DNA from: Octopus bimaculoides
Lineage: Eukaryota
DNA: 64,000 bases
Assembly: GCF_001194135.2 (NCBI RefSeq)
Contig: NC_068982.1
Location: 46,568,000 to 46,631,999, forward strand
Direction: 5' to 3'
Numbering within the stretch: the first letter of the stretch is position 1; each line of letters begins with the position of its first letter. The notes under the pieces were generated by a model that saw only the letters and a program-made list of their open reading frames with translations, ran no database searches and had not been told where the DNA came from. Both the position numbers and the translations under genes were made by a program. Of this stretch, positions 1 to 12,088 are shown piece by piece.

Positions 1-894
1 ACATGTTTACATTATATACTACTACATCAATATATCAGGTCACACTGCAGCACACCTAGCATCATTTCATGGCACACCAGTGTGCCGTGGCATACCAGTT
101 GCTGAACACTGGTCTTGACTCTCCTGCAAGGTAATTGATTCTAGTATAACTCCCTGTCATTTGCTCCATTAGTTTTGTTTGCTCACTTTCTACTCTTTCG
201 TTTGTACTGTAAGTGATTTCACCTCTCGTCAGCTTCAATAACAAGGGAATTGTTTGTTAGATCTATGGAGCTACCTACTCTCTGGGATTAGCATCGTCTT
301 TCCATGCTGGCATGGGTTGGATGGTTTGACATAGGGCTGACTAGCAGGGAGCTGTTCAGACTCCAACTGTCTGTTGTGGCATGGCTTCTACGGTTGGATG
401 CCCTTCCCAATGCCGACTGCTTAACAGAGTATGCTGGGTGCTTTTTACATGCCACCGACACAGGTGCATTTATTTAGCACTGGCACAGGTGCTTTTTAAG
501 TGGCACTTGTTTCCCTTATTGTAATTCTCAAATATTTGCAAAACAAGAAAGAAAGAAAGAAAGCATCTTTTATGTACTAATAACCATGTTAGTAGTTCTT
601 GATTGGATAGAGAAGTGATACAGTGGAGTGTTGTGATACACACACACACACAATTCACTTATTTCCATTTCTGTTCATCAGAAAAAAATTTCAATTCTTT
701 CAAATCATCATCTTCATTATCACCATCGTTGTCATCATCATTGTCATCATTTAAGCATGTGTTAGGCAAATTTCATGACTTGCCAACCACTGCAGCCCTT
801 TGTTATCCTGCACACACAGCAACAGGAAAATCATCCAGCTCTGTTTTTTTTTTTTTTCTGTTACATATTTCATTACTTTGGTATAGTTGAAATG

Positions 895-1920
895 CTTAGT
901 GGATAAAATACTTAGCAGCGTTTCTTCAGGCTTTAAGTTCTGGGTTCAAATTCCACTGAGGTCAGCTTTGCCTTTCATCTGTATGGGATTAATATATTGG
1001 AGGTCGATGTAATTCACTAGTTCTCTTCCCCAAAGTTTCTAGCCTTTTGCCTATAGTAGGAGAAGGAGGAGGCAGCTTTATGTTCTGAGTTCAAATTCCA
1101 CTGAGGTTAGTTTTGCCTGTCCTATAGTAGAAGACACTTGCNNNNNNNNNNNNNNNNNNNNNNNNNNNNNNNNNNNNNNNNNNNNNNNNNNNNNNNNNNN
1201 NNNNNCCCTCCCTCAAACATGGTGGCTTTCTGCCAAAGTTTGAAATCATTGGCATTTTGTCTGTCTTTGTGTTTTCAGTTCACATTCCACTGGGGTCGAC
1301 TTTGCTTTTCATCCTTTCGGGGTCTATAAATTAATGACCAATGAAACACACTGGGGTCAATGTAATTAACATAACCCTCCCCCCAAATTTCAGGCCTTGT
1401 GCCTATAGTAGAAAGGATTATTATTATTATTATTATTACTAAGGTAGCAAGCTGACAGAATCATTAGCCTATTGGGCGAAATGCTTGGCAGCATTTTGTC
1501 CATCTTTATATTGTGAGTTCAAATTCCGTCAAGATTGACTTTGCCTTTCATCCTTGCAGGATTGATAAAATAAGTACCAATGGAACTCTGGGGTTAATAT
1601 TATCAAGTAACCGCCTCCCTCAAAGCTGCTGGCCTTGTACCAAAATTTGAAACCAGTATTATTATTATTATCATTTTTTTAATTATTATTATTATTGTTA
1701 AGGTGGCAAGCCGGCAGAATTGTTAGCACACTGGACGAAATGGTTAACAGTATTTTGCCCATCACTGTTCTGAGGTCGACTTTGCCCTTCATCCTTTTGC
1801 AGTCGATAAAAGGAGTACCAGTTGAACACTGGGATTGATGTAATTGACTCATCCCCACCTGCCCTTATGGCAAAAATTTGAAAAAAATAATAATAATGAT
1901 AATTATTATTATTATTGAAT
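895..1920 (+). mobile_element. Chain of 4-5 older family B SINE copies with (ATT)n tails
   Basis: Repeated GTTCAAATTCC..GAGGTC.ACTTTGCCTTTCATCC...AGTACC blocks at about 895, 1075, 1250, 1441 and 1696. Other old B copies at about 2350-2535, 8640-8830(-), 10225-10350, 15725-15870, 23320-23530(-), 23548-23765(-), 30415-30615, 41720-41835 and 49565-49745. Confidence 0.8.
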
Positions 1921-2730
1921 TGGCAACAACAATTAAGCATTGAAGGAAATGCCTTCTAATATTTAATTATATCTTAGGAAGTAACGTTTTTGTTTGGAAA
2001 TATAATATAATACTGATAAGAGATTCTGTATCTGTCCAGTTGATCTGCTACAAATAGCAACCAAATCTCCCCTATACTATGCCCTAAAAAATGAGGTACA
2101 CTTATAACTCTGTGCCTAAAGGAAAGGATTGTCTGGTTACAGCTTAAATTTCATCATACATTTTCAGAACAACAGCTGCATAATACCAAAGTAAAATTAA
2201 ACATATGAGCCATAAACATGCATTTCAATTCTTGATGCACCCGACTGCTCTACCTCTAGTTTGGAAAGATGAGCATACTTTGACTTATGGCTCAAAGAGC
2301 TAGGTTAAGGTTTTGAACACCAAATGTTCAATTGTTATTGTAAGCATTTTAGGTATATCTACTTAGCAGCAGTTTGTTCTGGCCCTTTGTTGTCTGGGTT
2401 CAATTCCTGCTGATAACAGTTTTGCCTTTCATCCTTCCAGGGCTGATAAAATAATGTACCAGTCAAGTAATGGAGGTGATGTGACTGACTAACACCCTCC
2501 CTTTAAACATTGCTGCCTTATGCCAAAAGTTGAAGATTTATATGTCACCCTGTGAAATACACAATCCCAGCAATTCTTGTTTTTGTACCAAGATAACCAT
2601 CGTTCCTTGTGGCCCAACAACAAAATAGGGATGGAACCATTTGTCAATTAACTGTTTTAATACTAGCATGTTTAGGCTCTCTTTAGTTCTAGGATACCAA
2701 GAACATCTGCCTTAGAATGCTATTATTTCA

Positions 2731-3487
2731 TCCTTTAGCATTCAGATTATTCTTTGAAATGTAATGCTTATTTATTCACATTGGTATAAATTAGTCATGC
2801 CTTACTTAGTAGCTTTGAGATTTCAGTGACGTGATTGTTTATTGTTAGAATACTATTGTAGGGTAAGTGTGAAAAACCGTATCAGGCCAGTTTGAAGATA
2901 TCACAGACAGATTATTTTGGCTGGATATGGCTGGTTTCAATGCTAAAGAGTTAACACTTTTAGCATTCGGATTGCTCTGTCAATGTAATACTTATTCACT
3001 TTGTTTTTAATTAATCATGTATTATCACGTAGCCTCAAGATTTTGGTGATGTGATTGTTTAGATTTAGAATGACATGGCCTTCGTGCAGGTGACACGTAA
3101 AAGCACCTACTACACTCTCTGAGTGGTTGGCGTTAGCAAGGGCATCCAGCTGTAGAAACTCTGCCAAATTTAGATTGGNNNNNNNNNNAGCAAGGGCATC
3201 CAGCTGTAGAAACTCTGCCAAATTTAGATTGGAGCCTGGTGTTGCCATCCGGTTTCACCAGTCCTCAGTCAAATCGTCCAACCCATGCTAGCATGGAAAG
3301 CGGACGTTAAACGATGATGATGATGATGATGATTGTTTTGATTTAATCATGCATAGTGTCATAGCTTCAAGATGTTATTGTTTATTTTTAAAATGACATT
3401 GTGGAGTAGGTGTGAGATGCCAGGCCTGGTTAGTTTGAACATAAAACAGAATATTTGAGTCAGATGTGGCCAGTTTAAATGAGAAGA
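2731..3487 (+). mobile_element. Family E MITE cluster: one full copy, a second copy sharing TTAA at 2951-2954, a family C insertion, then another partial copy
   Basis: CCTTTAGCATTCAG...AATGCTAAAGAG-TTAA-CACTTTTAGCATTC. Internal sequence matches the 51612 copy. Confidence 0.7.
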
Positions 3488-4530
3488 TTTTTTCAAATTG
3501 TTTTGTGACATTTCTGTATGGTGTGGTGAAGTTAAGCCAAATCAGATCAGTTTCAACAAATGTTTTGTCCACAAAATATATTTGAAACCTGATAATTCTC
3601 GTACAATTAAGAACATGACTGGCGACATATTATATGATATTTGAGTGTTCATTAATTTTGCTGATTGTATTTCACTAACAGGCTCAGACATGGTTTTATG
3701 ATTAAGAAGTCAGATGATGATGCAAATGAACAAATCAACATGTTTGGGCCTGATAATATAAAATATACATATGTATATACACAGGCATGGCTGTGTGGTA
3801 AGAAGCTTGCTTCCCAACCACATGGTTCCGGGTTCAATCTCACTGTGTGACACCTTAGGCAAGTGTCTTCTTAGGCCAACCAAAACCTTATATGTATATA
3901 TATATGTGTGTGTGTGTATTAATGTGTATATCTTTGTCTGTGTTTGATCCCCACCCCCACCACCACCATCATTGCTTGACAACCTGTATTGGTGTGTTTG
4001 CGTCCCTGTAATTAAGCAGTTCAGCAAAAGAGACCAGCAGAATAAGTACTAGGCTTACAAAGAATAAGTCTTGGGGTTGATTTCTTTGACTGAAAATCCC
4101 TTAATGATGGCAGTCCAGCATGGCTACAGTCACATAATTGAAACAAGTAAAAGAATAAAAGAATATACATGTAAATAATATAGGGAAACAAAAACTGAAA
4201 CTATTCGGAAAATGAAAATCATATAGTTACTTATATATTTACATGTAGTACAAAAGATACAGAAAACTAAGGGTGGAAGGCATGGTATTTCAGGTTTGAC
4301 AGTTGTTTCTGGGGTCTCAGAATTATGTAATAGTTGTAATGTTGGCAGTTAGTGTGTGCAAAAAGTCAAGAATATGCAACCAGCAGTGGATGCATATAAA
4401 CATTATCATAAACCTAGCCTCTGTCTTCAGGGTGGTGAGATCAGCACTTAACATCTTATATAAGTATAATTTCTAATTAATAATTTTACCAAGTAGATCG
4501 GTATGTTAAAATAACCTTTATAGGTAAAAT

Positions 4531-5106
4531 TATACAAATATTCTATAATTATAAACTTAATTATAATTAGGGGTCAGNNNNNNNNNNATTCTATAATTAT
4601 AAACTTAATTATAATTAGGGGTCAGCTAATTGCTTCACCACATACCGAATTTAGAAATAGGAGTTAAAAATTCCTTTTCTACTACTGTAAGGATCTCTAC
4701 GACAGTAACACACTTTTTTTTTACGTAGGCAAAGAGGATGAATAGTGTATTCACATTCGGCTGTGTAAATTTTGGAAGTGTTGGTTGGATATCTGTTGCA
4801 CAATGTCGCTCGATCGTGTGCCTATTTAACCCTAGCACTTTCAAATTTTATAATTGGAAATGCTACACTAAAGAGAGAAGTAAGTAATTAAAACACTTTA
4901 ATCTCGAAACGCGTCTGTGGCTAATCGGAGTCGTGTTGATTCATTGTCTTTCTCTTTGCCTACGTAAAAAAAAGTGTTACTGTCGTGGAGATTCTTACAG
5001 TAGTAGAAAACGAATTTTTAACTCCTATTTCTAAATTCAGTATGTGGTGACGCAATTAGCTGACCCTTAATTATAATTATGTTTATAATTATAGAATATT
5101 TGTATA
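4531..5106. mobile_element. Foldback/MITE-like element with inverted arms of about 150-160 bp
   Basis: Left arm 4531/4588-4736 and right arm 4952-5106 are reverse complements, with about 7 substitutions and small indels. Ends are TATACAAATATTC...GAATATTTGTATA (possible TA TSD). The unique core is about 215 bp. Confidence 0.8.
4862..4921 (+). ncRNA. Minimal type I hammerhead ribozyme motif, G5A-lesioned
   Basis: Helix I GCTACA/TGTGGC, core CTAAAGA (CUGANGA with G5>A), helix II GAGA/TCTC, GAAA, palindromic CGCG helix III, GUC cleavage triplet. Confidence 0.6.
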
Positions 5107-5152
5107 TAAGTATATGTATACTTATATGTATGTTTATTTGTTGAAAGGTACA

Positions 5153-5440
5153 TGGTTTAGTGGTCAGGATATTCGACTCACAATCATAAATTTATGAGAT
5201 TAATTCCTAATGGTATGTTGTGTCCTTCAGCAAGATACTTTACTTCATGTTGCTCTAGTCAACTCAGCTGGCAAAAATGTAATCCAATAGGGCCAGCCTT
5301 GTCATATTGTGTCACACTGAATCTCTGTGAACTACATTAAGAGTACACATGTCTGGAGTGCTCAACCACTTGCGTGTTAATTTCATGAGCAGGTTGTTCC
5401 ATAAATTGGGTCAACTGGAACCCTCGCTGTCATAACCACC
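5153..5440 (+). mobile_element. SINE family D (tail type 1)
   Basis: Same head/core (GTGTCCTTCAGCAAGATACTTTACTTCA) but a different 3' part, shared with 14700-15003(-). Confidence 0.65.
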
Positions 5441-5513
5441 AGAGTGCCGGTTATATGTATATACATGTGTGTGTGTATACATGTATATATATATATATGC
5501 ATATGTAGATATT

Positions 5514-5560
<47 letters not shown>

Positions 5561-5606
5561 NNNNNNNNNNNNNNNNNNNNNNNNNNNNNNNNNNNNNNNN
5601 NNNNNN

Positions 5607-5640
<34 letters not shown>

Positions 5641-7172
5641 ATAATGCAAATGGGTATGTGTCTGTGTGCATGATTTTCTATTTTATGTCTCATTGAAAAC
5701 TGGCTTTCCTAATGGTGATATTTGTTTGCAGTCCACAATGAAGCATGTCTGGACTAGTTCAGTAGACTCAAAGATAAATTACCTCACTTAGAAACAGTGG
5801 TCTTTGCTGACTGGAACAGTACCAGTTGTAAAAATTTGTCCCAACTTACTCTCGTCTCACTCATGCAAATATGGAAAAACAAACATTATAATGACGACAA
5901 TAACAAAAAAAGCAATGATAAAATTTAATTAATGTTTCATAAAAAAATGTTTACTTCCAAAAAGTAGACTGCCTAATATGAAAAGTTTGGAAAGTCCTTG
6001 TTTAAATTCAAATATTATGCAAACACCACTTTAATAATAAAATTTTTTATTTATTTTACTTAATCCCTCTAGATTTGATTATTTTCCAAAATTCATTGTA
6101 AACATGGTTATGAGAGAGTGGTGCCAAATGAGTCTTATGTGTAAAATTCCATATCTGTCGTAAGATTTTAAATGATACCATGTGACAGTCTGTCTAGTTC
6201 CTTAATATCATGCCATTGTGATAGATGCAAAAAAAAAAAAAGTGCTTAAAAGACTCTCATTAAAATATGAGAGAAAAATCTTTATTAATATGGTAAAATT
6301 TTGATTCATTAAAACCTGTTAATGATGTTTGAATAACATCTCTTTCAGAGATGCATTTTCATGATGTGATGAAGTTTGTATATTTTTACATGTATTAATA
6401 TAATGAAGCCATACTTCAGAAGACCATATGAATTTTCCTTTTAGATTCTATAAAATGCTTGATGACAACAACAACTATTTGAATTTGTAACCTTGAGTAC
6501 AATGACCCATTCTCATTTCTTTACTTTTTCTTTTCTTTGAATTTCTCTTCATAATTCTTTGCAATCACTCGGCATGTTTATTCTAAAATCTCGGCACAAA
6601 CTTGTTCAGTTTTTCCATTTGAAGATTCAATTATTATCATTATTGTCTGCCCATGCACCATTAATAATTGGCTAATAACTGAAACAGTTATCAAGAATGT
6701 TGTCCTTCTGGGAATTCACGATTTCAATTCTTCTTGAAATATTGAGAGCAATTTAGCATTGACACAAGAGTTTGTAAATTGCTTCCACGCTAAATATTGG
6801 AAAGTTTCTCAAATCTGTGAATTTTAATTATTCTTTTTCATTTTTTCTTTATTTTTGTTTTACATGGTTCCTTTTTTTTTTTTTTCTTTTTCAAAATCAT
6901 TGAAATTCTCAGTTTATTAGTGATGTTAAGAAGTGCTTTTAGGTTTTCTTTCTTTTTCCAGTCTTCTCAGTTCCTCTCTTGTTTATTTGTCTAAATTTTG
7001 AACCCTCCTTCACAATTTTGGATGGTACTTAATATTTTTTAAAGTGGTAAATATCAGGAGGATCTCTTACTGTGTAATTTCTTCAAACTAACTAGTTTAT
7101 ATCTTCCACCTCTGTAGCAAAGATATATATGTACTATATAATTTAGAAAGTAAAAGAAAACTGAATTAAGGC

Positions 7173-7345
7173 TTTAACATTTAAACCAGTTGTATCAGGC
7201 CCCAAATTTTCTATCTGTTTTATGTTCAAACTGTCTGGCTCTGGCCTCACCTAACAATGTCATTGTAAAAATATACAATCACTTCGTTGAATCTCAAAGC
7301 TACAAGATAATGCAAGATTAATTCAAAATCAATGTGAATAAATAA
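7173..7345 (-). mobile_element. Family E MITE (partial)
   Basis: Reverse complement of the family E internal sequence. Confidence 0.65.
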
Positions 7346-8049
7346 GCATTATTACATTAGGAAATGATAACTTGCCTTTATTAACCTCATCTTGCTTCTT
7401 TATCTATCTACTGTTATAGTGTAGTTGTAGTTTTTTTAGCCTCAACTTAGCCTCTATTAAGCAGGCCTATGCTCAAAGGTGTTCTAACTGTGACTAATAC
7501 AAGTTTTACTTATTTTTGCATCATATAATTCATGACCATTTTGTCCAATGAACTGAACATCCACATTTTAGTGGGGATAAATGCTACCTCTTGGTGTTAA
7601 TACTGCCTCAGTCACTAATAAATATTTTTTAACAAGCTCACTGGCTATGCTCAAAACTCCCCTCAAAAACTGCTGGCCCTGTGCCAAAATTTGAAACCAT
7701 TATAGAGGTAATATAGTAGTGAATAATACATTGGGTTATTTGCTCATAAGGTTATAAGTTCAAATCCACTGTTGGTAAAACACTTTATTCTACGTTACAG
7801 CTCATATAACTCTGAAGGCTAGATTCTGCCAGTTTATATCAGAATGTTACTTGCTTAAGACTGGTATTTTATTCATGGTTAAGTTTATCTTTCACTCTCT
7901 TCTTACCACGAGAAAAGCACTGGCTCTTTAAGGAAAAAAATCTTTCAAAATTAAGAACATTACTTAGATTACTTAGATAAGTTTCAGCCAAAGTTGACTC
8001 GGGCCATGTCTAATTTGATACAGTGGAAGAGATACAGTCAGCTGTTGAG

Positions 8050-8470
8050 CACTATAGTTCATTCGAGAAGAGAGTTGTTGTTTTCAGAGACATATCCGGA
8101 TGTGGGTGGTTTGTCTGGTGTTTGTGGGAGGTAATCATCTAGGGACTATTTGAATGCCGTGAAATTACTTTCTCCTTTATGTGGGCTGGCACGATGTTGA
8201 AGAAAGCAGGGCCAGTTAAGGTGAAATAGTTCTGTTGTAGTGTTATGATACAACATGAACATGATTTCTGTAGTGAATGGACAGCACGGGGGCCAAGCTT
8301 TGGATGAATTTTAAAGATGATACCTATATCATTTGGGCAATGTTGATGGAATATTTACCACATCATACAGATGATATAGCACTCAAGGCAGTGTTGGAGG
8401 GACAGCATTGGATACATCATTACGCTACCTTTGTATTGAATCTAGGGCAAATTTTGGTATAGCTGTTAAT
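8050..8470 (-). mobile_element. CR1-group LINE ORF2 3' remnant
   Basis: The minus strand reads LQHCLECYIICMMW*IFHQHCPNDIGIIFKIHPKLGPRA...QNYFTLTGPAFFNIVP...FK*SLDDYL...PDKPPTSGY...NNNSLL, resembling the SLQRRRERY...GPxLFN..P...FK..LD.YL...PDxP C-terminus. Confidence 0.65.
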
Positions 8471-8881
8471 CCTGGTCATAACATGGAGTCTCTAAAGTTA
8501 GTAGTGTGGTAAGAAGTTTGTTTCACAAATCACATGATTTTGAGATCAATTTCTCTATGCCATACCTCATACAAGTGTCTTCTAACATAGCTTCAGGTTG
8601 ATCCACATTATGTAAGTGGAACTGGGTAATAATAATAATTTAAGAACTGAAATTTAAGGCCTGAAATTTTGGAGATGGTGGATAGTCGGTTACATCGATT
8701 CCAGTATTCAATCGGTACTTGCTTTATTAACCTCAAAAAGTTAAAAGACAAAGTAGATTTCAGTGGGATTTGAACTCAGAACAACTGAAAGGAATACTGC
8801 TAAGCATTTCATCCAGTGTGCTAATGATTCTGCTAGCTCCATTGCTTTTATAATAATAATAATAATAATAATAGTAATAAA

Positions 8882-8918
<37 letters not shown>

Positions 8919-10358
8919 TTTTTTTTTTTTTTTATTGATGGTTTGAGAAATATTATGGTCTTTTTTTTAGAGATATTCAGGCAACAATAGAAGTGTATTG
9001 TATAAATTGGTAATGTATTTTTGTGTGAAGTCAGAATGAATAAATCAGTTTAATAATAAAAATATAAAGCAGAAAAACAAACAAACAAAAGAAACCAGTT
9101 AAAAGGAACGTAATGGTAAATTAGTGCCATTCAGAACTAGTCACCTCTCTCTCCTCTCTTTCTCCTCTTTCTAACCTATTCTTCTGTCTTCATTCTTCAC
9201 ATTACCAATTACTAGGTAGATTTCTAACCAATAAAGTGATTCTTTCATTTAGGATTTTAATATATTTCGTATTCTCCCAACATACTATTATAAGCAATAT
9301 CCGGTCTACCTTTAAGAATGAAGATATATGCATGTGTGTGTTTTGTTGTTGTCCATTTTGATTGTAGGATTGGAGCAGGGGTGGCTTTTATCTCCATTTT
9401 AGCATCAAGTATTTGTTTGCTTTTTCTGTTTCCTTTTTTTGTAATTTTTGTATTTTTGGTAAGCGCTGTTGAAAGAATTTTGAGTCTATAACTGTCAGGT
9501 TTCCTCTGAGAATTCAAATAGGGCTTTGTTTCACTTACTGTAAAATATCAATAAATATATGTGTATAATCATACACGTATAGGTGCAGGCATATTTGTGT
9601 GGTAAGATGTTGGTTTCACAACTACAAGGTTACAAGTTTAGTCCCATTTGTGTGGTACCTTGGGCAAGTGTTTTCTACTTTAGCCTCGGGCCAACCAAAG
9701 CCTTGTGAGTGGATTTGATAGACAGAAACTGAAAGAAGCAAATCATATATGTGTGTGTGTGTGTGTATGCGAGTGTGTGTTTTCTCCCTACTACCATTTG
9801 ACAACATGGTGTTGGTTTGTTTATGTCCCCATTAATTAGTAGTGTGGCAAAAGAGACCAATAGAATAAGTACCAGGTTTATGGAAAAAAATAAGTACTGG
9901 GGGTGCGATTTCCTTGACTAAACCCTTCAAGGTGGTGCCCCAACATGGCCACTATGTGGCTGTGTGATTAAGAAGCTTGCTTCCTAACCATATGGTCTTG
10001 GGTTCAGGTCTCCTTGAAGATCACCTTGATAAAATCTTTTTTCTGTAACCTCTGTGCTAACTGAAACCTTGTGACTGGATTTGGCAGATGGAAACTGAAA
10101 GAATTTTGTGCATATGTGTGTATACAGATGGGCACATGATGAACCCCTATGTAAAACACAATATATACAGAATATGTATGTTAATACAGATTGCACACAT
10201 GAATGACCATAAAGAACCCCAGACTTTGCCTTTCATGCTTTCGGGGTCAATAAATTAAGTACCGGTGAAAACACAGTAGGGTTGATGTAATTGACTCAAC
10301 CTCTGCCCTTGTGGCAAAATTTGAAACCATTATTATTATTATTATTATTATTTTTCAG

Positions 10359-10423
10359 CTGATGTCCGGAATCAAAGAGCACTTAAGCTTCAGAATGCAA
10401 CACCCACACCAATCAACTCACAG
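10359..10423 (+). CDS. pygo: Candidate internal Pygopus exon (xDVRNQRALKLQNATPTPINSQ)
   Basis: tttttcag acceptor, 65-nt open frame (phase 1 in, phase 0 out), CAG|gtatag donor. It joins in frame to 29232 and ends in NSQ, like the ...NTQ| phase-0 exon end of vertebrate PYGO exon 2. There is no homology confirmation and no KKRRK NLS. Confidence 0.45.
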
Positions 10424-11491
10424 GTATAGTCATCACTTTGTTTACTTCACCTGCTTTGCCACCTTGCTTTCCTCCATCTCTGTAATTGTATTTATCATTT
10501 CATTGCTTCTTTTCTTTGCAAAGGCTTTTTTTACTTTTTTTCATACTGTAAAAGATAGCAGCAGACTAATATATCTCTTGATTTCTTTAATTTCTACATT
10601 GTTCTCTTTCCCTTTACCAAAAATATGTATAGTTATTGAGTGATTCATTTATCATTACTTCAGCAAATAATGGTCAAAGCTGACGAGGTCAGAATAAGAC
10701 TGAAAAATGTCTGACCTCCCAGAAAATGATCATCTTCGAAATATCATCATTAAGAAAAATTACACACTGTAGAGTTTAGTACAGGATATACTCTTCCTTA
10801 AAAGAAAAATAGAAGACAGATGGTCATAGTTTGATTGCCTTTCACCATAGTTCTGCTTAATTAGGACCTACGTAGGTTTAAAGAACAACAAAAACGGTGC
10901 TTCAAGGTGTTGCTTAATATAATGATAGTATAGTAATACACACCACCTGACTACAGGTTTAACTTCTGTTTTTGGACAATGGGATCTCCTACTGAAAAAG
11001 AAGACAAACAGCTTTGGACATTTAAGTGCTGTAATGTCTGCTCTCATTATCTCAATAAAACTCTGATAGCCACCACTAAAATGATTACAAGCTTGTATTG
11101 GTTCTAATAAAACAGAACAGTGAATTTATAAAATACAAAGACAATGCTCTTGGGGCTCTCAACCAGGAAATACTGGTAATGTTTCTCTCTCGGCTTTGTC
11201 AACTGTTTCAAGTTTACCTCAGCTGTCTGTGTTTGTAGTTCCCCAGCGTTAATATAAAGTAAATTACGACTAAGTAACTAGCGAGCCTCTACAGCTCAAC
11301 TGACTTGCTAGAAATTGCTGCCAAATCTCCTTCAAGTTTCATCTTTCATCCTGCAAAAAAAAAAAGGAGAAATATAACACTGGATATAGCAAATCGACCC
11401 CGGGACTTATTCTTTGTAAGCCTAGTACTTATTCTATCGAAGTGACGGGAACATAAACACACCAGCATGTTGTTAAGCAATACTAGGGGGA

Positions 11492-11537
<46 letters not shown>

Positions 11538-11755
11538 CATATATATGACGAGGTTCTTTTAAGTTCACGTCTACCAAATCCACTCACGAGGCTTTGGTCG
11601 GCTCGAGGCTATAGTAGAAGACACTTGCCCAAGATGCCGCGCAGTGGGACTGAACCCGGAACCATGTGGTTGTTAAGCAAGCTACTTACCACACAGCCAC
11701 TCCTGCACCTAGTATAGTGCATCTTAGTTATACTATATCTAATAAAAAAAATACG

Positions 11756-12088
11756 CATGTCTCAGTGGTTAAAGTGTTAGCCTTACAATCATGAGGTAGT
11801 GAGTTCAATTCCTAGACTGCATTGTGCGTTGTGTTCTTGAGCAACACACTTTATTTCACTTTGCTCCAATTCACTCAGCTGTAGAAATGAGTTATGACAT
11901 CACTGGTTCCAACCTTTATCAGCCTTTGCTTTTCTCTTGGATAGCATCAGTGGCATGAAGATGGGAAGCTGGTATGCATGGACGACAGCTGGTCTTCCAC
12001 AAAACAATCTTGCTCGGGCTTGTGCCTTGGAGGCTAACTTTCTAGGGGCAATCCCATGTCATTCATGACCAGAGAAGGTCTTTACCCT
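11756..12088 (+). mobile_element. tRNA-headed SINE family D with a CORE-like segment (tail type 2)
   Basis: TCAGTGGTTAAAGTG...GAGTTCAATTCC head and GTGTTCTTGAGCAACACACTTTATTTCAC core. Related copies at 26025-26175(-), 21080-21200(-) and 41155-41355(-). Confidence 0.7.

Noticed and set aside
62-244. Minus-strand ORF MLLKLTRGEITYST...
   Set aside because: The distal part is a hAT-type MITE end (CAGTGTGCCGTGGCATACCAGTTGCTGAACACTG), there is no homology, and it lies at the window edge.
3137-4626. Apparent tandem duplications flanking 10-N gaps (3137-3230, 4540-4626; also 33303-33420)
   Set aside because: Identical sequence on both sides of a minimal N-run indicates unmerged contig overlap rather than real duplication.
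8277-8462. KLWMNFKDDTYIIW resembling a Penelope RT YxDD motif
   Set aside because: The opposite strand gives a much longer, ordered match to a CR1-group ORF2 C-terminus, so the resemblance is coincidental.
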